Below, one piece after another: positions 10,120 to 20,682 of a stretch of DNA of 64,000 nt. The stretch is taken from contig JAUWQY010000002.1 in assembly GCA_030610855.1 (NCBI GenBank), positions 24,082 through 88,081 on the forward strand, given 5' to 3'. The translations under genes were made by a program, and so were the position numbers. The stretch comes from Dehalococcoidia bacterium. GTDB taxonomy: Bacteria; Chloroflexota; Dehalococcoidia; GIF9; AB-539-J10. Numbering within the stretch: the stretch's first letter is position 1; each line of letters begins with the position of its first letter. The notes under the pieces were generated by a model, which worked only from the letters and a program-made list of their open reading frames with translations, had not been told where the DNA came from and did no database searches.

Positions 10120-11871
10120 TTGACCGATAATAGATCGAACCTGAAGGAAGATCCGCTGCAAGTTGAGCTTCCGCCTTCGATAACTGTGAGGCAAATGGCC
10201 GACGTGCTAAACGTGGAGCCTGTGAGGATAATCAAGCAACTCATGCGCAAAGGCGTCATGGCCAACGTTAACCAGGTCATCGACTTTGATACAGCAAGTA
10301 CAATAGCTGCGGACATGGGCTATCATGCCAGAGCAGCAATAGAGCGTAGAGCTTCACGTTCGCGAAAGGAAGCAGGAGAAGGGAAGCTGTCGACTCGTCC
10401 TCCAGTGGTTACCGTCATGGGGCATGTCGACCATGGCAAGACCACCCTCCTCGATGTCATCAGAAAGACCAATGTGACTGCTCATGAGGCAGGAGCCATT
10501 ACCCAACATATAGGTGCCTACCAAACAGTAGTGGACGGACGCAAAATCACATTTCTGGATACGCCGGGACATGAGGCGTTCACAGCCATGAGAGCCCGGG
10601 GCGCACAAGCAACTGATATTGTAATCCTGGTAGTCGCTGCCGATGATGGCGTCATGCCCCAGACTGTGGAAGCTGTGGACCACGCCAAGGCTGCCAAGGT
10701 GCCTATAGTCGTTGCCATCAACAAGATTGATAAATCCAATGCTAATCCTGAGAATCTAAAACAACAGCTTGCCGATCTGGGTCTGGTTATTGAGGAGTGG
10801 GGCGGGGACACCGTTTGTGTACCCATATCAGCCAAGCAAGGACAGGGCATATCAGACTTGCTGGAAAACCTGTTCTTAGTTGCTGACATACTGGAACTGA
10901 AAGCTGATCCTGATAGCCCCGCAGAAGGAGTGATCCTTGAGGCTAAGCTGGACAAAACTAAAGGTCCTTTAGCTACCTTTCTCGTTCAGAGGGGCACTCT
11001 CAGACGAGGCAATACTGTGGTAGCTGGAGATGCTTGGGGAAGAGTAAAAGCCATGTTTGATGACAAAGGGAACCAAGTTCACAAGGCCGGACCGTCCGCT
11101 CCGGTAGAAGTCCTCGGCCTGAACGAGGTGGCAAGGTCAGGAGATCTTTTTGCTGTGCTTCCTGATGAGCGTGAAGCCCGGAGCATCGTGGAAAAGCAAA
11201 AACACACCAGGGCTCGCGCTATTCTGAGTTTGACTGCGCTTTCCAGCCAGATAAGTGATGGTCAGATAAAGGAACTGAACATAGTCCTGAAGACCGATGT
11301 CGAGGGCAGTATTGAACCCATAAAGACTTCACTGGAGAGGTTGAGCACTGAGAAGGTGAAGACAAGAGTTATTCATGCTGCCAGCGGGAGTATAACAGAG
11401 AGCGATGTACTTCTGGCCTCAGCTTCAAAAGGCATCATCATCGGTTTTGACACTCCCATCTCTCCCGGAGCAGTGCAGCTAGCCAACGCAGAGGCGGTGG
11501 GCATCCAGACCTATGACGTGATTTACAGGCTGATAGAGGACATGGATAAGACGTTGAAGGGGATGCTTGAGCCGACTTATGCTGAAGTACTCAGCGGGAG
11601 GGCTGAGGTGAGAGCCGTTTTCCCCAGCAGTAAGGCAGGCAAGATAGCCGGAGTCTATGTTATGGAAGGAAAGATACGGCGGGATGCCCAGGTTAGGATA
11701 CTGCGCCAGAATAAGACCATCGGCGAATCTCGGGTCTCCAGCTTGAAGCGTTTTACAGAGGACGTCTCTGAGGTCTCCGCTGGTCTCGAATGCGGCCTTG
11801 GTATAGAGGGAAGTGCCGATTTCCAGATTGGTGATATCATTGAGTCTTACCGAAAGGAAAGAGTGGGCTAA
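10120..11871 (+). CDS. infB: translation initiation factor IF-2
   Basis: 583 aa; TTG start; GTP-binding domain (GHVDHGKTTLLD, DTPGHEAF, NKID); short N-terminus of the IF-2 type. Confidence 0.95.
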   Translation: MTDNRSNLKEDPLQVELPPSITVRQMADVLNVEPVRIIKQLMRKGVMANVNQVIDFDTASTIAADMGYHARAAIERRASRSRKEAGEGKLSTRPPVVTVMGHVDHGKTTLLDVIRKTNVTAHEAGAITQHIGAYQTVVDGRKITFLDTPGHEAFTAMRARGAQATDIVILVVAADDGVMPQTVEAVDHAKAAKVPIVVAINKIDKSNANPENLKQQLADLGLVIEEWGGDTVCVPISAKQGQGISDLLENLFLVADILELKADPDSPAEGVILEAKLDKTKGPLATFLVQRGTLRRGNTVVAGDAWGRVKAMFDDKGNQVHKAGPSAPVEVLGLNEVARSGDLFAVLPDEREARSIVEKQKHTRARAILSLTALSSQISDGQIKELNIVLKTDVEGSIEPIKTSLERLSTEKVKTRVIHAASGSITESDVLLASASKGIIIGFDTPISPGAVQLANAEAVGIQTYDVIYRLIEDMDKTLKGMLEPTYAEVLSGRAEVRAVFPSSKAGKIAGVYVMEGKIRRDAQVRILRQNKTIGESRVSSLKRFTEDVSEVSAGLECGLGIEGSADFQIGDIIESYRKERVG

Positions 11872-11897
11872 CGATGTTTTCCGGATAGGAGGCCCGA

Positions 11898-12245
11898 ATG
11901 AGCAGGCGAAGTGAACGAACAAGCAAGCTTATCCAACGGGAGATCAGCGAACTGCTCGAGCGTGACGTCAGTGACCCCAGGCTTAGCAGGCTTATCTCAG
12001 TAACAGAAGTGACGCTTTCACCCGATCTCAGGCATGCTAAGGTGTTTGTTAGCACCCTGGGTAGCGAGATAAACAAGGAGGATATGCTGGCAGGCTTTAA
12101 CAAGGCTTCAGGATTCTTGCGCAAGGAACTTGCGTTGCACCTGAAATTGAGATATACGCCGCAACTCAGCTTTCATTATGATGATTCCATTGAGCGAGGA
12201 GCGAAGTTACTCAAGTTGATCGGGGAACTAACCACCACTGAATAG
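11898..12245 (+). CDS. rbfA: ribosome-binding factor A
   Basis: 115 aa; RbfA family (RTSKLIQREISELL ... VTEVTLSPDLRHAKVFVS). Confidence 0.9.
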   Translation: MSRRSERTSKLIQREISELLERDVSDPRLSRLISVTEVTLSPDLRHAKVFVSTLGSEINKEDMLAGFNKASGFLRKELALHLKLRYTPQLSFHYDDSIERGAKLLKLIGELTTTE

Positions 12246-12282
12246 CTGTATTCGTGTTCAACCGGGACTTCGTCGAAGGTAT

Positions 12283-12312
12283 TGACATTGGGATATACAA
12301 ATCTGTATAAAT
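12283..12312 (+). promoter_or_regulatory. putative sigma70 promoter (TTGACA-17-TATAAA) with about 230 nt leader before ino1
   Basis: TTGACA at 12283-12288; TG-extended TATAAA at 12306-12311. Confidence 0.35.
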
Positions 12313-12544
12313 TGGCACATGAAGAGAAACCTGAGTGCGTCCCGGTCCGAGATTCCGGCGGTTGTCAGCGGATGCATATGGTCTCAAATGCAGCGCAGAG
12401 AGACAGATGATAGATGCCCAGAGCAAGACCATTAAGGACGCGAGACTATCAATTCAGGGAATCTGTTCTGTGCGCGGAACGAATGTATCTGGAATGGTTG
12501 GCGCTTGATTCACATAGCAGGTTTTCCTCAGACATGAAACGGAG

Positions 12545-13675
12545 GTGAGAATGGGAGCAATAAACGTAGCCATCATAGGTGTCGGCAACTGCGCCTCTTC
12601 TTTGGTGCAGGGAGTCCGTTACTATAAGAATGCCAAGGAAAATGAATCTGTTCCCGGTCTGATGCATGTCAACCTGGGAGGCTATCATATAGCCGACATA
12701 AACTTCGTGGCAGCCTTCGATATCGATAAGAACAAAGTGGGCAAGGATTTGGCTGAGGTCATTTTCACCAAGCCAAATAACACTGTTAAGTTCTGTGATG
12801 TACCTAAGACAGGCGTCCGAGTTGAGCGGGGCATGACTCATGACGGACTGGGCATCTATCTGTCCAAAATCATCACCAAGGCGCCAGGTCCCACTGCCAA
12901 CATTGTAGAGATACTCAGAAAGACCAAAACCGACGTGGTGGTTAGCTATCTGCCTGTAGGAAGCGAGGAGGCCACGAAATGGTATGTGGAGCAGATACTG
13001 GCCGCCGGTTGTAGCTTCGTCAACTGCATACCTGTTTTCATTGCACGCGAACCTTATTGGCAGAATCGCTTTGCAGAGCGCGGACTGCCCGTTATCGGCG
13101 ATGATATCAAATCCCAGGTCGGCGCCACCATAACTCATCGAGTGTTAACCAGGCTCTTCCGTGACCGCGGAGTCAAACTAGAGCGGACATACCAGCTTAA
13201 CTTCGGTGGCAATACCGACTTCTACAATATGCTTGAACGACAGCGGCTGGAATCCAAGAAGATCTCCAAGACCGATGCTGTGACCTCACAGTTAGACTAT
13301 GTTCTCGATCCTGACAACATCCATATCGGTCCCAGTGATTATGTGCCCTGGCTGACTGACCGCAAGTTCTGCCACCTGAGAATGGAGGGGCGCACCTTCG
13401 GCGATGTCCCTTTGAACCTGGAACTGAAGCTGGAGGTATGGGATAGCCCTAATTCAGCCGGGGTAGTTATCGATGCCATAAGATGCTGCAAACTAGCCCG
13501 GGACCGCGGCTTAAGCGGGACCATTGTGGGGCCTTCGGCCTACTTTATGAAATCTCCGCCCATTCAGTATTCTGACGAGGAAGCTCGCACAAGGACCGAG
13601 GAATTCATCGCAGGACAAGAGCAGGAATGTCCTGTCTCTCTGCCTGAACTGGAGCCAGTCGAGGTTGAGGGATAG
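12545..13675 (+). CDS. ino1: myo-inositol-1-phosphate (inositol-3-phosphate) synthase
   Basis: 376 aa; near-collinear with actinobacterial/archaeal short MIPS: [70 protein letters not shown]. Confidence 0.9.
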   Translation: MRMGAINVAIIGVGNCASSLVQGVRYYKNAKENESVPGLMHVNLGGYHIADINFVAAFDIDKNKVGKDLAEVIFTKPNNTVKFCDVPKTGVRVERGMTHDGLGIYLSKIITKAPGPTANIVEILRKTKTDVVVSYLPVGSEEATKWYVEQILAAGCSFVNCIPVFIAREPYWQNRFAERGLPVIGDDIKSQVGATITHRVLTRLFRDRGVKLERTYQLNFGGNTDFYNMLERQRLESKKISKTDAVTSQLDYVLDPDNIHIGPSDYVPWLTDRKFCHLRMEGRTFGDVPLNLELKLEVWDSPNSAGVVIDAIRCCKLARDRGLSGTIVGPSAYFMKSPPIQYSDEEARTRTEEFIAGQEQECPVSLPELEPVEVEG

Positions 13676-13734
13676 GAGCCTTTCCGCCGCAGGTGCCAGC
13701 TTCAAATGATCCAGCCTGAAAGTAAACCTGTTAC

Positions 13735-14685
13735 ATGACTTCAGTCAGGGCGACTCACTACGTCACACGTAACAAGCGATCTGAGGTCTCGCTCTCCACT
13801 ATGTGGGCTAAAGGAAGGTTTGCCCACATGGCAGGATTTGCCTCCAGAGCTGAAGAGCTGGGATTCACTCACATAGAAGCAAATCACTGGATTTCTCCGC
13901 AAATGCTCAGTGAACTCCTTGCGACTGCGGTTCCGATTTCAAGCATTCATGATCCGTGTCCGGCGGGTTTGTCGTCCCGAGGCGTCCCGGTGGCTAACCT
14001 TTCCTTAAGTTCCTTAGATGAGCACGAACGTATGGAGGCCGTAAGCTTTACCAAGCAAACGATAGATCTTGGATCAAGTGTGAATGCCAGGGCTATTGTC
14101 GTCCATATGGGCGAAGTGCCGATTGATCTGGGTCTGCAGGGCAGACTGCACAAGCTCTACGCCGAGAGCCATGCTCAGACCAGAGAATATAGCAGGACCA
14201 AAGAAGAACTGGTTCGCCAGCGCACTTCGCGGGTTCGTCCTTACCTCGAGGCAGCGAGGAAAAGCCTTCGCGAGCTTAGCGAATATGGTCGGCAAAAGGG
14301 TATAATGCTGGGGCTTGAGACAAGATTTCATCTTCACGAGATACCGAATGTGGACGAGATGGCAGAGCTACTCAGCCAAGTGCCGGTAGCTCCGGTTGGC
14401 TACTGGCATGACATAGGACACGCCGAAGTGCAGCAGCGCCTCGGGTTTGGCTCACATGAAGAGTGGCTTTCACGATTCGCCCACAAGATGATCGGTATCC
14501 ATCTGCACGATGTTTTGGGTGTTTCCGATCACTATGCTCCAGGAAAAGGAGATGTGGACTGGGAAATGGTGGCCGAAAACCTGCCTCCAGGAATAGTGAA
14601 GGTCTGCGAAATCGGCCAATGGAATGATGAAGAGCAACTAGAGGGAGTGGTCAGTTTTCTTCGGAAGGCAGGCATAGTAGGCTAG
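13735..14685 (+). CDS. sugar phosphate isomerase/epimerase family protein (xylose-isomerase-like TIM barrel)
   Basis: 316 aa; TIM-barrel AP-endonuclease-2 / xylose-isomerase-like pattern (HIEANH, VVHMG, GLETRFH, HLHD). Start may be an internal Met; sits between ino1 and the CDP-alcohol phosphatidyltransferase. Confidence 0.65.
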   Translation: MTSVRATHYVTRNKRSEVSLSTMWAKGRFAHMAGFASRAEELGFTHIEANHWISPQMLSELLATAVPISSIHDPCPAGLSSRGVPVANLSLSSLDEHERMEAVSFTKQTIDLGSSVNARAIVVHMGEVPIDLGLQGRLHKLYAESHAQTREYSRTKEELVRQRTSRVRPYLEAARKSLRELSEYGRQKGIMLGLETRFHLHEIPNVDEMAELLSQVPVAPVGYWHDIGHAEVQQRLGFGSHEEWLSRFAHKMIGIHLHDVLGVSDHYAPGKGDVDWEMVAENLPPGIVKVCEIGQWNDEEQLEGVVSFLRKAGIVG

Positions 14686-14698
14686 CGGGAAAGGCAGG

Positions 14699-15298
14699 AT
14701 GAGTTTAGCAGATATCAGACGGAGTGTAGCGGATCGTATTACGTCTCCTCTGGTTGGGATTCTGAATAGGGGACCAATAACGCCGAATGCCCTTACCCTC
14801 ATCAACCTCGCTCTAAGCATGGTTGCTGCCTATTTTATCGCTACGGGTCACTTCCTTCCGGGCGGGGTTCTGGTTCTAGTTTCAGGTCTCTTTGACATTC
14901 TTGACGGAGCATTAGCCCGCGTCACCAGGAAAAGCACAAAGTTGGGCGCCATCCTGGATTCAACCGTTGACCGCATTGCTGAAGCAGCAATACTATGCGG
15001 TCTCTTAGTCTGGTACATACGGGACACAGCGCAGGGAAACATCCTGGAGATCATGCTTGTCTATGCCGTTCTGGTTGGTTCCTTTCTGATCAGTTACATA
15101 AGGGCCAGGGCAGAAGGGCTCGGCTGGCAATGCCAGGTTGGCTTGTTTACTAGAGCAGAACGGGTTATAGTATTAGTGATAGGTTTGCTGATAAACCAGA
15201 TCTTCATTGCATTATGTATCTTAGCGGTCTTTGTCTCCATCACTGTAGCGCAAAGGTTGGTTCACCTGTGGAAGCAGGCAAGAACCGGAGGTGATTAA
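14699..15298 (+). CDS. CDP-alcohol phosphatidyltransferase (probable phosphatidylinositol-phosphate synthase-like)
   Basis: 199 aa; multi-TM; canonical D-G-x2-A-R-x8-G-x3-D-x3-D motif (DILDGALARVTRKSTKLGAILDSTVDRIAE). Confidence 0.85.
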   Translation: MSLADIRRSVADRITSPLVGILNRGPITPNALTLINLALSMVAAYFIATGHFLPGGVLVLVSGLFDILDGALARVTRKSTKLGAILDSTVDRIAEAAILCGLLVWYIRDTAQGNILEIMLVYAVLVGSFLISYIRARAEGLGWQCQVGLFTRAERVIVLVIGLLINQIFIALCILAVFVSITVAQRLVHLWKQARTGGD

Positions 15299-16591
15299 GT
15301 GGCTGTCATAGCAGTTGTGGGAGGTCAATGGGGTGACGAAGGTAAAGGAAAGATAGTTGATCTCTTAGCTGAAAAAGCGGACATGGTTGTTCGCTTCTCC
15401 GGAGGAGACAACGCTGGCCACACTGTTATCAACCCTTACGGTGAGTTCAGACTGCATCTCATCCCTTCAGGTATCTTCCACCCGCGGGTGACTTGCATTA
15501 TCGGCAATGGCGTAGCTATCAACCCGGCTGTGCTTCTTACAGAAATGCAGGAACTGCAAGAGCACGGTATCGATACAGGTCGCCTGTTCATCAGTGACCG
15601 CGCTCACCTCATCATGCCCTATCACACCCTTCTCGATGAATTGGAAGAGGAACGGCGTAGCAAAGGAGCGATAGGTACTACACTCAAAGGAATCGGCCCT
15701 GTCTTCGCCGATAAAGTAGCTCGCCTGGGAATCCGTGCCGGAGATTTGTTAGACAAAGAAATGTTTCGGAACCGCTTGAGAGCAGCGCTTGAGTTTAAGA
15801 ATACTGTTCTGACAAAAGCATACGAAGTTGCACCGCTGTCGCTGGAAGAGATCTATGACCAATACTGCCACTATGGGCAGCAACTGGCCCCCCTCATCAG
15901 GGATACCACGTCCACAGTTCGCGAAGCGGTGACGAAAGGACACTCAGTCTTGTTAGAGGGTGCCCAAGGGGCTTTGCTTGACCCCGACTTTGGCACCTAC
16001 CCCTATGTGACCTCCTCTTCACCATTAGCCGGGGCAGGCTGTATTGGAGCAGGCCTCGGCCCGAGAGAAATCGATCGCGTGATGGCGGTGTTTAAAGCAT
16101 ACAACACCAGAGTCGGGGCGGGACCTATGCCCACAGAACTCAAAGACGAAGTTGGCAACTTCATACGTGAAAAGGCCCGCGAGTACGGTGCCACCACGGG
16201 AAGGCCGCGAAGATGTGGTTGGTTCGATGCTGTCGCAGGCCGCTTCAGCGTTCAGATAAATGGCCTTAGCGATATAGCGCTGACTCACCTGGATATCTAT
16301 GACGGTTTTCCTTCAATCAAAGTATGCACTGCCTATAGATTCAATGACGAGGTCCTGACTTCTTTCCCCAGCGATGCTGCCGTTCTAGAACAGTGCCAAC
16401 CTGTCTACGAGGAATTGGACGGCTGGCAACAATCAATAAGCGAGACTCGGGATTTTGAGAGGCTGCCGACAGAAGCCCGTGATTATATGTCCCGGCTTGA
16501 AGATCTCCTCTCTTGCCCCATCAGTCTTGTTTCCGTGGGACCGGATCGGAAGCAGATAATACCGGTCAAATGGATCAGCCCTTGGGAATAG
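15299..16591 (+). CDS. purA: adenylosuccinate synthetase
   Basis: 430 aa; GTG start with GGAGGT SD; QWGDEGKGK P-loop, GGDNAGHTV motif. Confidence 0.95.
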   Translation: MAVIAVVGGQWGDEGKGKIVDLLAEKADMVVRFSGGDNAGHTVINPYGEFRLHLIPSGIFHPRVTCIIGNGVAINPAVLLTEMQELQEHGIDTGRLFISDRAHLIMPYHTLLDELEEERRSKGAIGTTLKGIGPVFADKVARLGIRAGDLLDKEMFRNRLRAALEFKNTVLTKAYEVAPLSLEEIYDQYCHYGQQLAPLIRDTTSTVREAVTKGHSVLLEGAQGALLDPDFGTYPYVTSSSPLAGAGCIGAGLGPREIDRVMAVFKAYNTRVGAGPMPTELKDEVGNFIREKAREYGATTGRPRRCGWFDAVAGRFSVQINGLSDIALTHLDIYDGFPSIKVCTAYRFNDEVLTSFPSDAAVLEQCQPVYEELDGWQQSISETRDFERLPTEARDYMSRLEDLLSCPISLVSVGPDRKQIIPVKWISPWE

Positions 16592-16615
16592 GCAGATCTT
16601 GGGCTTGTTGTTGGC

Positions 16616-17662
16616 TTACTCATTCAAGCTAGCCACGCTATTTCCAAGTCTTATCCAACCCCTCTCAATCCCCTGTTCAGCAATCTGTACCGCATTTAGC
16701 GCTGCCCCTTTGCGAAGATTATCAGCCACTATCCACATAACGAGTCCGTTAGGATGAGAGATATCCTTTCTGATTCGACCAACGAATACATGCTCCGACC
16801 CGCTAGCGGCCCAGGGCTGAGGGTAGAAACTGACGCTCGGGTCATCAAGCACGCTGACCCCAGGGGCTTGAGCCAGAATCATGCGCGCCTCTTCAGAGGT
16901 AATGGGCGAACTGAACTCAACGTTGACTGCCTCACTATGCCCAAAATAGACAGGAACCCGGACGCACGTAGCAGAAATGGCTATGCCTTCGGTATGCAAT
17001 ATCTTCCGTGTCTCTTCCACTATTCTCTGTTCCTCTCTAGTGTAACCATTATCCAGAAAGACATCGATTTCAGGCAGTACATTGAAGGCTATTTGATGAG
17101 AATAAACGTGAGGACAAATCCGACGCCCTTCCAAGACCAACCGCGATTGATTCGTCAGTTCTTGCACGGCAGCAGCACCGCTGCTTGATACTGACTGATA
17201 GGTGCTCACCACGATTCGCTTTATGTGATTGACCTCGTGCAAGGGATAGAGCGCCACCATCGTCTGGATTGTGGAGCAACTGGGACTTGCGATTATCCCC
17301 TTATGCCATTCTATATCCTGAGGATTGACCTCCGGAACTACTAAGGGCACTGCCGGGTCCATTCTGAAGGCAGGACTATCATCGATGACCACTGCTCCGG
17401 CTTCGACAGCCAAGGGCGATAGTCTGCGACTAACGCCAGAACCAGCAAAGAAGAAGGCAATGTCAACATCACGAAACGCCTCCGGTTTCGCATCCCTAAC
17501 TTCAATTCTTCGATGATTGAAGAAGAGCTTCACATCAGAAGAATGCTCAGGGGCCAGTAATTGCACGGAGGCTACTGGCAGATTGCACTGCTCAAGTACC
17601 TTGATGAATTCCTGCCCTACAATCCCCGTAACACCGACAACAGCTACATTGAATCCTTCCAT
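16616..17662 (-). CDS. asd: aspartate-semialdehyde dehydrogenase
   Basis: VAVVGVTGIVGQ N-terminus and the active-site Cys block IIASPSCSTI. Start placed at MEGFNV (17662), which overlaps the dapB stop by 19 nt; the longer ORF-track start is probably an extension. Confidence 0.9.
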   Translation of the reverse strand: MEGFNVAVVGVTGIVGQEFIKVLEQCNLPVASVQLLAPEHSSDVKLFFNHRRIEVRDAKPEAFRDVDIAFFFAGSGVSRRLSPLAVEAGAVVIDDSPAFRMDPAVPLVVPEVNPQDIEWHKGIIASPSCSTIQTMVALYPLHEVNHIKRIVVSTYQSVSSSGAAAVQELTNQSRLVLEGRRICPHVYSHQIAFNVLPEIDVFLDNGYTREEQRIVEETRKILHTEGIAISATCVRVPVYFGHSEAVNVEFSSPITSEEARMILAQAPGVSVLDDPSVSFYPQPWAASGSEHVFVGRIRKDISHPNGLVMWIVADNLRKGAALNAVQIAEQGIERGWIRLGNSVASLNE

Positions 17663-18468
17663 GACCCTTCCCGCAGTTCCAGCAAGGCATCCAATCCGAA
17701 AGTCAGCCCCTTGCGTTTTACCACTCCCTTGATTGCCAGAATAACGCCCGGTAAATAACACTCCCGATTTATCGCATTGTGACGCAGACTCAGAGTTTCA
17801 CCCGCGCTGCCAAAAATGACTTCCTGCCCCGACATGAATCCCGGCGACCTTAGGCTATGAATAGCTATACCATCTATCTGTGCTCCTCTGGCACTTCTCA
17901 ATGTTTCCTGTTCAGCTTCAGGGCTAAGGAATGTCCTGCCATGCATTTTCGACATGACTCTGGCTGTGGCAATAGCAGTCCCTGACGGGGCATCAGCTTT
18001 CTTATCGTGCTGCATGTCGATGATTTCGGCGTAGTCGAAGAATCTAGCAGCGGATTTCGACAAATACATCAGGAGTGCCGCACCTATGGAAAAGTTCGGC
18101 GCCACTACCGCCCCGACCCCACTAGCTTGGCACAATCGCTCGATTTCTCGCAAATTCTCATCGGAAAGGCCTGTAGTACCTATGACCATATTAACCCTCT
18201 GCTTAATGGCGATACGAGCGGCCGTCATGGAAGCCTCGGCATTAGTAAAATCCACCACCACATCAGCGTTGCACCTCGTCAAAAGCGAGTCTAAGTCCGA
18301 GGAGAACGGTACCAGCTCTAGAGTCTCAGCTAAAGGAAGATACTGCTGAGTTACTTCCTCTTCCACAGCCCCCACTGCCTTTAATCCGGGCTCGCGCACC
18401 ACGGCCTTAGCTACCTCCTGTCCCATCCTCCCTAGAGCACCATTAATGACCACTCTTACGAACTCCAT
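17644..18468 (-). CDS. dapB: 4-hydroxy-tetrahydrodipicolinate reductase
   Basis: 274 aa; DapB N-terminus (VVINGALGRMGQEV) and family-wide similarity; adjacent to asd. Confidence 0.9.
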   Translation of the reverse strand: MEFVRVVINGALGRMGQEVAKAVVREPGLKAVGAVEEEVTQQYLPLAETLELVPFSSDLDSLLTRCNADVVVDFTNAEASMTAARIAIKQRVNMVIGTTGLSDENLREIERLCQASGVGAVVAPNFSIGAALLMYLSKSAARFFDYAEIIDMQHDKKADAPSGTAIATARVMSKMHGRTFLSPEAEQETLRSARGAQIDGIAIHSLRSPGFMSGQEVIFGSAGETLSLRHNAINRECYLPGVILAIKGVVKRKGLTFGLDALLELREGSWKDSM

Positions 18469-18494
18469 GAGACATCCTCCAGCCGCAAAGCAGC

Positions 18495-20681
18495 CTATTT
18501 GCCGTAATTGTCGCGCCGCTCGCCCTTACCATACGGAGGAGCGAACTTCTTCTGAGGTTGTCTGGGAGCCGAGGAATCGTTGACCTTGGCACCCGGAAGC
18601 CGGGAAAGTTCATCAGACACGGCCTTGCGTGATAGGTTTATTCTCCCCGAGTTGTCAATCCCGATCACCTTCACCATGACTTCATCACCTATCTTAACCA
18701 CATCCTCAACTTCGAGCACACGGTAGTTGGCCAACTCGCTGATATGGACCAGGCCTTCCTTTCCCGGCAAGATTTCTACCATAGCACCAAAATTGAACAA
18801 CCTGGTCACTCTGCCAGTGTAAACCTCCCCCTGCTCCACTTCTCGCGTTAGATCTTCTATTATTTTGATTGCTTTCTGCGCTGCTTCTGCGCTTGAAGAG
18901 CCAACGATGACTGTACCATCATTCTTTATGTCTATCGTCGTTTTGGTTTCCTCTATGATGGACCTTATGACCTTGCCTCCCGGACCGATAACGCTCCCTA
19001 TCTTGCTCGGGTCGATCTTGATTTCATACATCCTGGGAGCATAGGGACTGAGTTCAGACCGACTGGCACTAATGACCAGGCCCATTTTCGCCAGTATGTC
19101 CAGCCTCGCTTCGCGAGCCTGACTCAGGGCTTCAGCCAATATGGCATAATCTATCTCGTGCAGCTTAATATCAAGCTGCAAAGCTGTCAGTCCTCCAGCT
19201 GTGCCGGCAACCTTGAAATCCATGTCGCCGTAGGCATCTTCCATCCCCACGATGTCAGTCAGGATAACAGAGCCTCCATCCTCTCCCGAAACAAAACCCA
19301 TAGCTATACCGGCCACAGGTGTCCTGATAGGTACACCGGCGTCCATCAAGGAGAGGGTCGCTGCACACACGCTAGCCATAGATGTGCTTCCGTGAGAACT
19401 AAGTACTTCGGAAACCAGACGTATCGTGTAAGGGAAATCCTCCTCTGATGGCAGTACCGGCGCAATAGCCCGTTCCACCAAAGCACCGTGCCCGATCTCT
19501 CGCCTCCCTGTTGCTCCTATTCGCTTCACTTCGCCAGTAGAGAAGGGAGGAAAATTATAATGATGCATAAAGCGTTTGGTTTGCTCCAGACCTAAGCCAT
19601 CCAACAACTGCTCCCGATTTGTCGACCCCAGAGTGGTGATAGTCAGCACCTGAGTCTCTCCACGGGCAAACAATCCTGAGCCATGGGTGCGCGGCAGGAT
19701 GCCGATTTCACAGCTAATAGGACGGATTTCGTTGGCCTGGCGGCCATCCAGGTGCCGTCCTGTCTTTAGTATTCTCTCTCTCACCGTAGCTCTAAGCTGA
19801 GTTCCAAAAGCAGACTTGATCTCATCTTCAGAAAACGAATCAAGCAGTTTCTCCTTCGCTTCATCTTTGAGAGCGGTCAGAGCCTTCTCTCGTTGCAGTT
19901 GCTCTGGTTCCTCTAGAACCTGGCCTAATCTCTCACCAAGTATGGAGGCAACTTGAGTCGAAAGCTCGGGAGGGAGTTCCCTGGATTTGAGCTCTGCCTT
20001 GGCTTTGCCGTAGATTCGCTGCAGCTCGTCCTGAAGCCCGATGACCTCCTGGTTCGCCTGGTGTCCCATCTTAATTGCCTCTAGCAGTGTTCCCTCGGAA
20101 ACCTCTCTAGCATTTGCCTCCACCATCACAACATCTTTCTTGGTACTAGCAACAATCAGGTCGAGCAAGCTATTCTCCATTTGAGGTAGAGTGGGGTTCA
20201 GCACTAGAGCATCGTCTATGTAGCCAATGTGCACCGCCGATATGGGGCCAAAGAACGGGACGTCCGATAATGTCAAGGCTGCTGAAGCGCCAATAAGGGC
20301 ACAAACATCGGGGTCGTTTTCCTGGTCAACGGATAGTACAGTCGCCACAACCTGAACATCATAGTTGAATCCCTTGGAAAGAAGGGGGCGCAGGGAGCGA
20401 TCGATGAGCCGACAGGTTATGGTTGCTTCCTCAGTAGGGCGTCCTTCCCTTCTGATAAAGCTGCCCGGTATTTTGCCCGCAGCATACAGCCTTTCTTCAT
20501 AATCCACCGTTAGAGGCACGAAATCTATGCCCTCTCGTGGTTCAGAGCTCGAACAGGCGGTAATCAAGACAATCGTGTTACCGTACCGAACAGCAACAGC
20601 ACCGCCGGCTTGCTGGGCGAATTTCCCGGCCTGGATGCTAAGCACCCTGCCGGCCAATGAATGCTCAAGCACATCGGGCAT
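18495..20681 (-). CDS. pnp: polyribonucleotide nucleotidyltransferase (PNPase)
   Basis: 728 aa; two RNase PH domains, then KH and S1 domains; abuts rpsO upstream. Confidence 0.95.
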   Translation of the reverse strand: MPDVLEHSLAGRVLSIQAGKFAQQAGGAVAVRYGNTIVLITACSSSEPREGIDFVPLTVDYEERLYAAGKIPGSFIRREGRPTEEATITCRLIDRSLRPLLSKGFNYDVQVVATVLSVDQENDPDVCALIGASAALTLSDVPFFGPISAVHIGYIDDALVLNPTLPQMENSLLDLIVASTKKDVVMVEANAREVSEGTLLEAIKMGHQANQEVIGLQDELQRIYGKAKAELKSRELPPELSTQVASILGERLGQVLEEPEQLQREKALTALKDEAKEKLLDSFSEDEIKSAFGTQLRATVRERILKTGRHLDGRQANEIRPISCEIGILPRTHGSGLFARGETQVLTITTLGSTNREQLLDGLGLEQTKRFMHHYNFPPFSTGEVKRIGATGRREIGHGALVERAIAPVLPSEEDFPYTIRLVSEVLSSHGSTSMASVCAATLSLMDAGVPIRTPVAGIAMGFVSGEDGGSVILTDIVGMEDAYGDMDFKVAGTAGGLTALQLDIKLHEIDYAILAEALSQAREARLDILAKMGLVISASRSELSPYAPRMYEIKIDPSKIGSVIGPGGKVIRSIIEETKTTIDIKNDGTVIVGSSSAEAAQKAIKIIEDLTREVEQGEVYTGRVTRLFNFGAMVEILPGKEGLVHISELANYRVLEVEDVVKIGDEVMVKVIGIDNSGRINLSRKAVSDELSRLPGAKVNDSSAPRQPQKKFAPPYGKGERRDNYGK

Positions 20682-20682
20682 A

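Noticed and set aside
9372-10316. 314 aa minus-strand ORF (and 9527..9853) overlapping nusA, ylxR and infB
   Set aside because: Antisense to three well-supported conserved genes; low-complexity Ser/Pro/Arg-rich translation typical of a spurious reverse-frame ORF.
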